NCBI RefSeq assembly: GCF_964355755.1
Contig: NC_092678.1
Coordinates: forward strand, 10,786,352-10,850,351
Length of the DNA: 64,000 nucleotides
DNA from: Antedon mediterranea
Lineage: Eukaryota > Animalia > Echinodermata
Reading direction: 5' to 3'
Part shown: piece by piece, positions 51,501 to 64,000 of the stretch
Layout of the letters: every line of letters starts with the position of its first letter
Position numbering within the stretch: the stretch's first letter is position 1
Made by a program: the position numbers and the translations under genes
Notes under the pieces: generated by a model
Database searches by the model: none
Told to the model about the DNA's origin: nothing
What the model saw: only the letters and a program-made list of their open reading frames with translations

Positions 51501-54500
51501 CGATTTGAAGCTTTTCTAAACACTTTGGTGTTTTTATGTTAACAAGTTTTTTCGAAAATCACAAAATGGTCTAAAACGTCTCCAAATGCGATTTGAAGAT
51601 ATTCTGTACACTTTGATGTTTTGTGTGAAAAAGTTTTCTCGAAATGCTCAAAATGGTCTAAAACGTTTTCCAATACCATATTAAGCTATTTTGTGCAATT
51701 TGATGTTTTTATGTAACCAAGTTTTTTGAAATGCGATTTGAAGATATTCTGAGCACTTTGGTGTTTTTATGTTAAAAAGTTTTTTCGAAAATCACAAAAT
51801 GGTCTAAAACGTCTCCAAATGCGATTTGAAGATATTCTGAGCACTTTGGTGTTTTTATGTTAAAAAGTTTTTTCGAAAATCACAAAATGGTCTAAAACGT
51901 CTCCAAATGCGATTTGAAGCTATTCTGTACACTTTGATGTTTTGTGTGAAAAAGTTTTGTCGAAATGCTCAAAATGGTCTAAAACGTTTTTAAAACGATA
52001 TTAAGCTATTTTGTGCTCTTTGATGTTTTTGTGTAACCAAGTTTTTTCGAAAATCACAAAATGGTCTAAAACGTCTCCAAATGCGATTTGAAGCTTTTCT
52101 AAGCACTTTGGTGTTTTTATGTTAACAAGTTTTTTCGAAAATCACAAAATGGTCTAAAACGTCTCAAAATGCGATTTGAAGGTATTCTGAGCACTTTGGT
52201 GTTTTTGTTTGAAAAGTTTTAACGAAATGCTCAAAATTGTCTAAAACGGTTTCTAATGTGATTTTAAGCACTTTGATGTTTTTGTGTAACCAAGTTTTTT
52301 CGAAAATCACAAAATGGTCTAAAACGTCTCCAAATGCGATTTGAAGCTATTCTGTACACTTTGATGTTTTGTGTGAAAAAAGTTTTGTCGAAATGCTCAA
52401 AATGGTCTAAAACGTTTTTAAAACGATATTAAGCTATTTTGTGCTCTTTGATTTTTTTGTGTAACCAAGTTTCATCGATATGAACAAAATGGTCTAAAAC
52501 GTCTCAAAATGCGATTTGAAGGTATTCTGAGCACTTTGGTGTTTTTGGGTGAAAAGTTTTAACGAAATGCTCAAAATGGTCTAAAACGGTTTCTAATGTG
52601 ATTTTAAGCACTTTGAAGTATTTGTAAAAACAAGTTTCATCGAAATGCACAAAATAGTCTAAAACGTCTCCAAATGCGATTTGAAGCTTTTCTAAGCACT
52701 TTGGTGTTTTTATGTTAACAAGTTTTTTCGAAAATCACAAAATGGTCTAAAACGTCTCCAAATGCGATTTGAAGATATTCTGAGCACTTTGGTGTTTTTA
52801 TGTTAAAAAGTATTTTCGAAAATCACAAAATGGTCTAAAACGTCTCCAAATGCGATTTGAAGCTCTTCTGTACACTTTGATGTTTTGTGTGAAAAAGTTT
52901 AGTCGAAATGCTCAAAATGGTCTAAAACGTTTTTAAAACGATATTAAGCTATTTTGTGCTCTTTGATGTTTTTGTGTAACCAAGTTTCATCGAAATGAAC
53001 AAAATGGTCTAAAACGTCTCCAAATGCGATTTGAAGCTTTTCTAAGCACTTTGGTGTTTTTATGTTAACAAGTTTTTTCGAAAATCACAAAATGGTCTAA
53101 AACGTCTCCAAATGCGATTTGAAGATATTCTGAGCACTTTGCTGTTTTTATGTTAACAAGTTTTTTCGAAAATCACAAAATGGTCTAAAACGTCTCAAAA
53201 TGCTATTTGAAGGTATTCTGAGCACTTTGGTGTTTTTGTGTGAAAAGTTTTAACGAAATGCTCAAAATGGTCTAAAACGGTTCTAATGTGATTTTAAACA
53301 CTTTGATGTTTTGTGTGAAAAAGTTTTGTCAAAATGCTCAAAATGGTCTAAAACGTTTTTAAAACGATATTAAGCTATTTTGTGCTCTTTGATGTTTTTG
53401 TATAACCAAGTTTTTTCGAAAATCACAAAATGGTCTAAAACGTCTCCAAATGCGATTTGAAGATATTCTGAGCACTTTGGTGTTTTTATGTTAAAAAGTT
53501 TTTTCGAAAATCACAAAATGGTCTAAAACGTCTCCAAATGCGATTTGAAGATATTCTGAGCACTTTGGTGTTTTTATGTTAAAAAGTTTTTTCGAAAATC
53601 ACAAAATGGTCTAAAACGTCTCCAAATGCGATTTGAAGCTATTCTATACACTTTGATGTTTTGTGTTAAAAAGTTTTGTCGAAATGCTCAAAATGGTCTA
53701 AAACGTTTTTAAAACGATATTAAGCTATTTTGTGCTCTTTGATGTTTTTGTGTAACCAAGTTTCATCGAAATGAACAAAATGGTCTAAAACGTCTCCAAA
53801 TGCGATTTGAAGCTTTTCCAAGCACTTTGCTGTTTTTATGTTAACAAGTTTTTTCGAAAATCACAAAATTGTCTAAAACGTCTCAAAATGCGATTTGAAG
53901 GTATTCTGAGCACTTTGGTGTTTTTGTGTGAAAAGTTTTAACGAAAAGCTCAAAATGGTCTAAAACGGTTCTAATGTGATTTTAAGCACTTTGATGTTTT
54001 TGTACAACCAAGTTTCATCGAAATGCTCAAAATGGTCTAAAACGTTTTTAAAACGATATTAAGCTATTTTGTGCTCTTTGATGTTTTTGTGTAACCAAGT
54101 TTTTTCGAAAATCACAAAATGGTCTAAAACGTCTCCAAATGCGATTTGAAGCTTTTCTAAGCACTTTGGTGTTTTTATGTTAACAAGTTTTTTCGAAAAT
54201 CACAAAATGGTCTAAAACGTCTCAAAATGCGATTTGAAGGTATTCTGAGCACTTTGGTGTTTTTGTGTGAAAAGTTTTAACGAAATGCTCAAAATGGTCT
54301 AAAACGGTTTCTAGTGTGATTTTAACCACTTTGATGTTTTTGTGTAACCAAGTTCTTTTCGAAAATCACAAAATGGTCTAAAACGTCTCCAAATGCGATT
54401 TGAAGCTTTTCTAAGCACTTTGGTGTTTTTATGTTAACAAGTTTTTTCGAAAATCACAAAATGGTCTAAAACGTCTCAAAATGCGATTTGAAGGTATTCT

Positions 54501-57500
54501 GAGCACTTTGGTGTTTTTGTGTGAAAAGTTTTAACGAAATGCTCAAAATGGTCTAAAACGGTTTCTAATGTGATTTTAACCACTTTGATGTTTTTGTGTA
54601 ACCAAGTTTTTTCGAAAATCACAAAATGGTCTAAAACGTCTCCAAATGCGATTTGAAGCTTTTCTAAGCACTTTGGTGTTTTTATGTTAACAAGTTTTTT
54701 CGAAAATCACAAAATGGTCTAAAACGTCTCCAAATGCGATTTGAAGCTATTCTGTACACTTTGATGTTTTGTGTGAAAAGTTTTAACGAAATGCTCAAAA
54801 TTGTCTAAAACGATTTCTAATGTGATTTTAAGCACTTTGATGTTTTTGTAAAACCAAGTTTCATCGAAATGCACAAAATGGTCTAAAACGTCTCCAAATG
54901 CGATTTGAAGCTTTTCCAAGCACTTTGGTGTTTTTATGTTAACAAGGTTTTTCGAAAATCACAAAATGGTCTAAAACGTCTCCAAATGCGATTTGAAGCT
55001 TTTCCAAGCACTTTGCTGTTTTTATGTTAACAAGTTTTTTCGAAAATCACAAAATGGTCTAAAACGTCTCAAAATACGATATTAAGCTGTTTTGTGCACT
55101 TTGATGATTTGTGTGAAAAGTTTTAACGAAATGCTCAAAATGGTCTAAAACGGTTTCTAATGTGATTTTAAGCACTTTGATGTTTTTATGTAGCCAAGTT
55201 TTTTCGAAAATCACAAAATGGTCAAAAACGTCTCCAAATGCGATTTGAAGCTTTTCTAAGCACTTTGGTTTTTTTATGTTAACAAGTTTTTTCGAAAATC
55301 ACAAAATGGTCTAAAACGTCTTCAAATGCGATTTGAAGATATTCTGAGCACTTTGGTGTTTTTCTGTTAAAAAGTATTTTCGAAAATCACAAAATGGCCT
55401 AAAACGTCTCCAAATGCGATTTGAAGCTATTCTGTACACTTTGATGTTTTGTGTGAAAAAGTTTTGTCAAAATGCTCAAAATGGTCTAAAACGTTTTTAA
55501 AACGATATTAAGCTATTTTGTGCTCTTTGATGTGTTTGTATAACCAAGTTTTTTCGAAAATCACAAAATGGTCTAAAACGTTTCCAAATGCGATTTGAAG
55601 CTTTTCCAAGCACTTTGCTGTTTTTATGTTAACAATTTTTTTCGAAAATCATAAAATGGTCTAAAACGTCTCCAAATGCGATTTGAAGCTATTCTGTACA
55701 CTTTGATGTTTTGTGTGAAAAGTTTTGTCGAAATGCTCAAAATGGTCTAAAACGTTTTTAAAACGATATTAAGCTATTTTGTGCTCTTTGATGTTTTTGT
55801 GTAACCAAGTTTCATCGAAATGAACAAAATGGTCTAAAACGTCTCCAAATGCGATTTGAAGCTTTTCTAAGCACTTTGGTGTTTTTATGTTAAAAAGTTT
55901 TTTCGAAAATCACAAAATGGTCTAAAACGTCTCCAAATGCGATTTGAAGATATTCTGAGCACTTTGCTGTTTTTATGTTAACAAGTTTTTTCGAAAATCA
56001 CAAAATGGTCTAAAACGTCTCAAAATGCTATTTGAAGGTATTCTGAGCACTTTGGTGTTTTTGTGTGAAAAGTTTTAACGAAATGCTCAAAATGGTCTAA
56101 AACGGTTCTAATGTAATTTTAAGCACTTTGATGTTTTTGTATAACCAAGTTTCATCGAAATGCTCAAAATGGTCTAAAACGTTTTTAAAACGATATTAAG
56201 CTATTTTGTGCTCTTTGATGTTTTTGTGTAACGAAGTTTCATCGAAATGAACAAAATGGTCTAAAACGTCTCCAAATGCGATTTGAAGCTTTTCCAAGCA
56301 CTTTGCTGTTTTTATGTTAACAAGTTTTTTCGAAAATCACAAAATGGCCTAAAACGTCTCAAAATGCGATTTCAAGGTATTCTGAGCACTTTGGTGTTTT
56401 TGTGTGAAAGGTTTTAACGAAATGCTCAAAATGGTCTAAAACGGTTTCTAATGTGATTTTAAGCACTTTGATGTTTTTGTATAACCAAGTTTCATCGAAA
56501 TGCACAAAATGGTCTAAAACGTCTCCAAATGCGATTTGAAGCTTTTCTAAGCACTTTGCTGTTTTTATGTTAACAAGTTTTTTCGAAAATCACAAAATGG
56601 TCTAAAACGTCTCCAAATGCGATTTGAAGATATTCTGAGCACTTTGGTGTTTTTATGTTAAAAAGTTTTTTAGAAAATCACAAAATGGTCTAAAACGTCT
56701 CCAAATGCGATTTGAAGATATTCTGAGCACTTTGGTGTTTTTATGTTAAAAAGTTTTTTCGAAAATCACAAAATGGTCTAAAACGTCTCCAAATGCGATT
56801 TGAAGATATTCTGAGCACTTTGGTGTTTTTATGTTAAAAAGTTTTTTCGAAAATCACAAAATGGTCTAAAACGTCTCCAAATGCGATTTGAAGATATTCT
56901 GAGCACTTTGGTGTTTTTATGTTTAAAAGTTTTTTCGAAAATCACAAAATGGTCTAAAACGTCTCCAAATGCGATTTGAAGCTATTCTATACACTTTGAT
57001 GTTTTGTGTTAAAAAGTTTTGTCGAAATGCTCAAAATGGTTTAAAACGTTTTTAAAACGATATTAAGCTATTTTGTGCTCTTTGATGTTTTTGTGTAACC
57101 AAGTTTCATTGAAATGAACAAAATGGTCTAAAACGTCTCCAAATGCGATTTGAAGCTTTTCCAAGCACTTTGCTGTTTTTATGTTAACAAGTTTTTTCGA
57201 AAATCACAAAATTGTCTAAAACGTCTCAAAATGCGATTTGAAGGTATTCTGAGCACTTTGGTGTTTTTGTGTGAAAAGTTTTAACGAAAAGCTCAAAATG
57301 GTCTAAAACGGTTCTAATGTGATTTTAAGCACTTTGATGTTTTTGTACAACCAAGTTTCATCGAAATGCTCAAAATGGTCTAAAACGTTTTTAAAACGAT
57401 ATTAAGCTATTTTGTGCTCTTTGATGTTTTTGTGTAACCAAGTTTTTTCGAAAATCACAAAATGGTCTAAAACGTCTCCAAATGCGATTTGAAGCTTTTC

Positions 57501-60500
57501 TAAGCACTTTGGTGTTTTTTTGTTAACAAGTTTTTTCGAAAATCACAAAATGGTCTAAAACGTCTCAAAATGCGATTTGAAGGTATTCTGAGCACTTTGG
57601 TGTTTTTGTGTGAAAAGTTTTAACGAAATGCTCAAAATGGTCTAAAACGGTTTCTAATGTGATTTTAACCACTTTTATGTTTTTGTGTAACCAAGTTCTT
57701 TTCGAAAATCACAAAATGGTCTAAAACGTCTCCAAATGCGATTTGAAGCTTTTCTAAGCACTTTGGTGTTTTTATGTTAACAAGTTTTTTCGAAAATCAC
57801 AAAATGGTCTAAAACGTCTCAAAATGCGATTTGAAGGTATTCTGAGCACTTTGGTGTTTTTGTGTGAAAAGTTTTAACGAAATGCTCAAAATGGTCTAAA
57901 ACGGTTTCTAATGTGAATTTAACCACTTTGATGTTTTTGTGTAACCAAGTTTTTTCGAAAATCACAAAATGGTCTAAAACGTCTCCAAATGCGATTTGAA
58001 GCTTTTCTAAGCACTTTGGTGTTTTTATGTTAACAAGTTTTTTCGAAAATCACAAAATGGTCTAAAACGTCTCCAAATGCGATTTGAAGCTATTCTGTAC
58101 ACTTTGATGTTTTGTGTGAAAAGTTTTAACGAAATGCTCAAAATTGTCTAAAACGGTTTCTAATGTGATTTTAAGCACTTTGATGTTTTTGTAAAACCAA
58201 GTTTCATCGAAATGCACAAAACGGTCTAAAACGTCTCCAAATGCGATTTGAAGCTTTTCCAAGCACTTTGGTGTTTTTATGTTAACAAGGTTTTTCGAAA
58301 ATCACAAAATGGTCTAAAACGTCTCCAAATGCGATTTGAAGCTTTTCCAAGCACTTTGCTGTTTTTATGTTAACAAGTTTTTTCGAAAATCACAAAATGG
58401 TCTAAAACGTCTCAAAATGCGATTTGAAGGTATTCTGAGCACTTTGGTGTTTTTGTGTGAAAAGTTTTAACGAAATGCTCAAAATTGTCTAAAACGGTTT
58501 CTAATGTGATTTTAAGCACTTTGATGATTTTGTAAAACAAAGTTTCATCGAAATGAACAAAATGGTCTAAAATGTCTCCAAATGCGATTTGAAGCTTTTC
58601 CAAGCACTTTGCTGTTTTTATGTTAACAAGCTTTTTCGAAAATCACAAAATGGCCTAAAACGTCTCAAAATGCGATTTCAAGGTTTTCTGAGCACTTTGG
58701 TGTTTTTGTGTGAAAGGTTTTAACGAAATGCTCAAAATGGTCTAAAACGGTTTCTAATGTGATTTTAAGCACTTTGATGTTTTTGTATAACCAAGTTTCA
58801 TCGAAATGCACAAAATGGTCTAAAACGTCTCCAAATGCGATTTGAAGCTTTTCTAAGCACTTTGCTGTTTTTATGTTAACAAGTTTTTTCGAAAATCACA
58901 AAATGGTCTAAAACGTCTCCAAATTCGATTTGAAGATATTCTGAGCACTTTGGTGTTTTTATGTTAAAAAGTTTTTTCGAAAATCACAAAATGGTCTAAA
59001 ACGTCTCCAAATGCGATTTGAAGATATTCTGAGCACTTTGGTGTTTTTATGTTAAAAAGTTTTTTCGAAAATCACAAAATGGTCTAAAACGTCTCCAAAT
59101 GCGATTTGAAGCTATTCTGTACACTTTGATGTTTTGTGTGAAAAAGTTTTGTCGAAATGCTCAAAATGGTCTAAAACGTTTTTAAAACGATATTAAGCTA
59201 TTTTGTGCTCTTTGATGTTTTTGTGTAACCAAGTTTTATCGAAATGAACAAAATGGTCTAAAACGTCTCCAAATGCGATTTGAAGCTTTTCCAAGCACTT
59301 TGCTGTTTTTATGTTAACAAGTTTTTTCGAAAATCACAAAATGGTCTAAAACGTCTCAAAATGCGATTTGAAGGTATTCTGAGCACTTTGGTGTTTTTGT
59401 GTGAAAAGTTTTAACGAAATGCTCAAAATTGTCTAAAACGGTTTCTAATGTGATTTTAAGCACTTTGATGATTTTGTAAAACAAAGTTTCATCGAAATGA
59501 ACAAAATGGTCTAAAATGTCTCCAAATGCGATTTGAAGCTTTTCCAAGCACTTTGCTGTTTTTATGTTAACAAGCTTTTTCGAAAATCACAAAATGGCCT
59601 AAAACGTCTCAAAATGCGATTTCAAGGTTTTCTGAGCACTTTGGTGTTTTTGTGTGAAAGGTTTTAACGAAATGCTCAAAATGGTCTAAAACGGTTTCTA
59701 ATGTGATTTTAAGCACTTTGATGTTTTTGTATAACCAAGTTTCATCGAAATGCACAAAATGGTCTAAAACGTCTCCAAATGCGATTTGAAGCTTTTCTAA
59801 GCACTTTGCTGTTTTTATGTTAACAAGTTTTTTCGAAAATCACAAAATGGTCTAAAACGTCTCCAAATTCGATTTGAAGATATTCTGAGCACTTTGGTGT
59901 TTTTATGTTAAAAAGTTTTTTCGAAAATCACAAAATGGTCTAAAACGTCTCCAAATGCGATTTGAAGATATTCTGAGCACTTTGGTGTTTTTATGTTAAA
60001 AAGTTTTTTCGAAAATCACAAAATGGTCTAAAACGTCTCCAAATGCGATTTGAAGCTATTCTGTACACTTTGATGTTTTGTGTGAAAAAGTTTTGTCGAA
60101 ATGCTCAAAATGGTCTAAAACGTTTTTAAAACGATATTAAGCTATTTTTTGCTCTTTGATGTTTTTGTGTAACCAAGTTTTATCGAAATGAACAAAATGG
60201 TCTAAAACGTCTCCAAATGCGATTTGAAGCTTTTCCAAGCACTTTGCTGTTTTTATGTTAACAAGTTTTTTCGAAAATCACAAAATGGTCTAAAACGTCT
60301 CAAAATGCGATTTGAAGGTATTCTGAGCACTTTGGTGTTTTTGTGTGAAAAGTTTTAACGAAATGCTCAAAATTGTCTAAAACGGTTTCTAATGTGATTT
60401 TAAGCACTTTGATGTTTTTGTAAAACAAAGTTTCATCGAAATGAACAAAATGGTCTAAAATGTCTCCAAATGCGATTTGAAGCTTTTCCAAGCACTTTGC

Positions 60501-63500
60501 TGTTTTTATGTTAACAAGCTTTTTCGAAAATCACAAAATGGTCTAAAACGTCTCCAAATGCGATTTGAAGATATTCTGAGCACTTTGGTGTTTTTATGTT
60601 AAAAAGTTTTTTCGAAAATCACAAAATGGTCTAAAACGTCTCCAAATGCGATTTGAAGATATTCTGAGCACTTTGGTGTTTTTATGTTAAAAAGTTTTTT
60701 CGAAAATCACAAAATGGTCTAAAACGTCTCCAAATGCGATTTGAAGCTATTCTGTACACTTTGATGTTTTGTGTGAAAAAGTTTTGTCGAAATGCTCAAA
60801 ATGGTTTAAAACGTTTTTAAAACGATATTAAGTTATTTTGTGCTCTTTGATGTTTTTGTGTAACCAAGTTTCATCGAAATGAACAAAATGGTGTAAAACG
60901 TCTCAAAATGCGATTTGAAGGTATTCTGAGCACTTTGGTGTTTTTGTGTGAAAAGTTTTAACGAAATGCTCAAAATGGTCTAAAACGGTTCTAATGTGAT
61001 TTTAAGCTATTCTAGACACTTTGATGTTTTGTGTGAAAAAGTTTTCTCGAAATGCTCAAAATGGTCTAAAACGTTTTCCAATACCATATTAAGCTATTTT
61101 GTGCAATTTGATGTTTTTGTGTAACCAAGTTTTTTGAAATGCGATTTGAAGATATTCTGAGGACTTTGGTGTTTTTATGTTAAAAAGTTTTTTCGAAAAT
61201 CACAAAATGGTCTAAAACGTCTCCAAATGCGAGTTGAAGCTATTCTGTACACTTTGATGTTTTGTGTGAAAAAGTTTTGTCGAAATGCTCAAAATGGTCT
61301 AAAACGTTTTTAAAACGATATTAAGCTATTTTGTGCTCTTTGATGTTTTTGTGTAACCAAGTTTTTTCGAAAATCACAAAATGGTCTAAAACGTCTCCAA
61401 ATGCGATTTGAAGCTTTTCTAAGCACTTTGGTGTTTTTATGTTAACAAGTTTTTTCGCAAATCACAAAATGGTCTAAAACGTCTCCAAATGCGATTTGAA
61501 GATATTCTGAGCACATTGGTGTTTTTATGTTAAAAAGTTTTTTCGAAAATCACAAAATGGTCTAAAACGTTTCCAAATGCGATTTGAAGCTCTTCTGTAC
61601 ACTTTGATGTTTTGTGTGAAAAAGTTTTGTCGAAATGCTCAAAATGGTCTAAAACGTTTTTAAATACGATATTAAGCTGTTTTGTGCACTTTGATGGTTT
61701 GTGTGAAAAGTTTTAACGAAATGCTCAAAATGGTCAAAAACGGTTTCTAATGTGATTTTAAGCACTTTGATGTTTTTGTGTAACCAAGTTTTTTCGAAAA
61801 TCACAAAATGGTCTAAAACGTCTCCAAATGCGATTTGAAGCTTTTCTAAACACTTTGGTGTTTTTATGTTAACAAGTTTTTTCGAAAATCACAAAATGGT
61901 CTAAAACGTCTCCAAATGCGATTTGAAGCTTTTCTAAACACTTTGGTGTTTTTATGTTAACAAGTTTTTTCGAAAATCACAAAATGGTCTAAAACGTCTC
62001 CAAATGCGATTTGAAGATATTCTGTACACTTTGATGTTTTGTGTGAAAAAGTTTTCTCGAAATGCTCAAAATGGTCTAAAACGTTTTCCAATACCATATT
62101 AAGCTATTTTGTGCAATTTGATGTTTTTATGTAACCAAGTTTTTTGAAATGCGATTTGAAGATATTCTGAGCACTTTGGTGTTTTTATGTTAAAAAGTTT
62201 TTTCGAAAATCACAAAATGGTCTAAAACGTCTCCAAATGCGATTTGAAGATATTCTGAGCACTTTGGTGTTTTTATGTTAAAAAGTTTTTTCGAAAATCA
62301 CAAAATGGTCTAAAACGTCTCCAAATGCGATTTGAAGCTATTCTGTACACTTTGATGTTTTGTGTGAAAAAGTTTTGTCGAAATGCTCAAAATGGTCTAA
62401 AACGTTTTTAAAACGATATTAAGCTATTTTGTGCTCTTTGATGTTTTTGTGTAACCAAGTTTTTTCGAAAATCACAAAATGGTCTAAAACGTCTCCAAAT
62501 GCGATTTGAAGCTTTTCTAAGCACTTTGGTGTTTTTATGTTAACAAGTTTTTTCGAAAATCACAAAATGGTCTAAAACGTCTCAAAATGCGATTTGAAGG
62601 TATTCTGAGCACTTTGGTGTTTTTGTTTGAAAAGTTTTAACGAAATGCTCAAAATGGTCTAAAACGGTTTCTAATGTGATTTTAAGCACTTTGATGTTTT
62701 TGTGTAACCAAGTTTTTTCGAAAATCACAAAATGGTCTAAAACGTCTCCAAATGCGATTTGAAGCTATTCTGTACACTTTGATGTTTTGTGTGAAAAAAG
62801 TTTTGTCGAAATGCTCAAAATGGTCTAAAACGTTTTTAAAACGATATTGAGCTATTTTGTGCTCTTTGATGTTTTTGTGTAACCAAGTTTTATCGAAATG
62901 AACAAAATGGTCTAAAACGTCTCCAAATGCGATTTGAAGCTTTTCCAAGCACTTTGCTGTTTTTATGTTAACAGGTTTTTCCGAAAATCACAAAATGGTC
63001 TAAAACGTCTCAAAATGCGATTTGAAGGTATTCTGAGCACTTTGGTGTTTTTGTGTGAAAAGTTTTAACGAAATGCTCAAAATTGTCTAAAACGGTTTCT
63101 AATGTGATTTTAAGCACTTTGATGTTTTTGTAAAACCAAGTTTCATCGAAATGCACAAAATGGTCTAAAATGTCTCCAAATGCGATTTGAAGCTTTTCCA
63201 AGCACTTTGCTGTTTTTATGTTAACAAGCTTTTTCGAAAATCACAAAATGGTCTAAAACGTCTCCAAATGCGATTTGAAGATATTCTGAGCACTTTGGTG
63301 TTTTTATGTTAAAAAGTTTTTTCGAAAATCACAAAATGGTCTAAAACGTCTCCAAATGCGATTTGAAGATATTCTGAGCACTTTGGTGTTTTTATGTTAA
63401 AAAGTTTTTTCGAAAATCACAAAATGGTCTAAAACGTCTCCAAATGCGATTTGAAGCTATTCTGTACACTTTGATGTTTTGTGTGAAAAAGTTTTGTCGA

Positions 63501-64000
63501 AATGCTCAAAATGGTTTAAAACGTTTTTAAAACGATATTAAGCTATTTTGTGCTCTTTGATGTTTTTGTATAACCAAGTTTCATCGAAATGCACAAAATG
63601 GTCTAAAACGTCTCCAAATGCGATTTGAAGCTTTTCTAAGCACTTTGCTTTTTTTATGTTAACAAGTTTTTTCGAAAATCACAAAATGGTCTAAAACGTC
63701 TCTAAATGCGATTTGAAGATATTCTGAGCACTTTGGTGTTTTTATGTTAAAAAATTTTTTCGAAAATCACAAAATGGTCTAAAACGTCTCCAAATGCGAT
63801 TTGAAGATATTCTGAGCACTTTGGTGTTTTTATGTTAAAAAGTTTTTTCGAAAATCACAAAATTGTCTAAAACGTCTCCAAATGCGATTTGAAGCTAATC
63901 TGTACCCTTTGATGTTTTGTGTGAAAAAGTTTTGTCGAAATGCTCAAAATGGTCTAAAACGTTTTTAAAACTATATAAAGCTATTTTGTGCTCTTTGATG
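42590..64000 (+). repeat. Satellite array (same family), forward orientation, running off the window end
   Basis: Continuous monomers. Confidence 0.98.
58330..60530 (+). repeat. Local 944-bp (about 11-monomer) tandem higher-order repeat, ~2.3 copies
   Basis: Equivalent spurious ORFs at 58412, 59356, 60300 (exact 944-bp steps). Private variants GATGATTTTGTAAAACAAAG, CAAGGTTTTCTG and AAATTCGATT are shared by adjacent copies. Confidence 0.85.

Noticed and set aside
1793-63201. Repeated 60-88-aa ORFs (MEKLQIAFGD...) in the ORF track
   Set aside because: Chance stop-free stretches across 2-3 satellite monomers. They use non-ATG starts, have non-triplet monomer lengths, and flip strand with the inversion.
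1-64000. CRISPR-like array (constant AAAATGGTCTAAAACG with variable intervening sequence)
   Set aside because: The intervening sequences are homologous variants of one another, not unique spacers. No cas genes, and the context is eukaryotic.
1-64000. CENP-B box or telomeric repeats in the satellite
   Set aside because: No TTCG-n4-A-n2-CGGG motif and no TTAGG/TTAGGG arrays were seen.

Overview
Eukaryotic (probably invertebrate animal) satellite DNA. About 92% of the window is one AT-rich tandem satellite family. It has an ~88-bp monomer, recurrent 77-79-bp and ~58-bp deletion variants, nested higher-order repeats, and a ~3.2-kb block in inverted orientation (39411-42584). The only non-satellite sequence is a 5,230-bp cut-and-paste DNA transposon (2518-7747) inserted cleanly into a monomer, with a 4-bp TSD (TTTG) and CAC...GTG ends. 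Manual minus-strand translation, which the ORF track misses, shows a fragmented transposase with a RAG1-N-terminus-like zinc finger (H-x7-C-x2-CG ... P-x3-C ... H-x3-C-x2-C) and a RAG1/Transib-like catalytic C-terminus (PKLHMLEHH...SEQGGE). Together these point to a degenerate Chapaev-type (CMC) element. Its ends are bipartite and asymmetric: a CACAG-starting 14-bp TIR plus a 17-bp inner box, separated by 11 bp at one end and 21 bp at the other. That one-helical-turn difference recalls the 12/23 rule of V(D)J signals. No intact protein-coding gene is supported. All alignments were done by eye.
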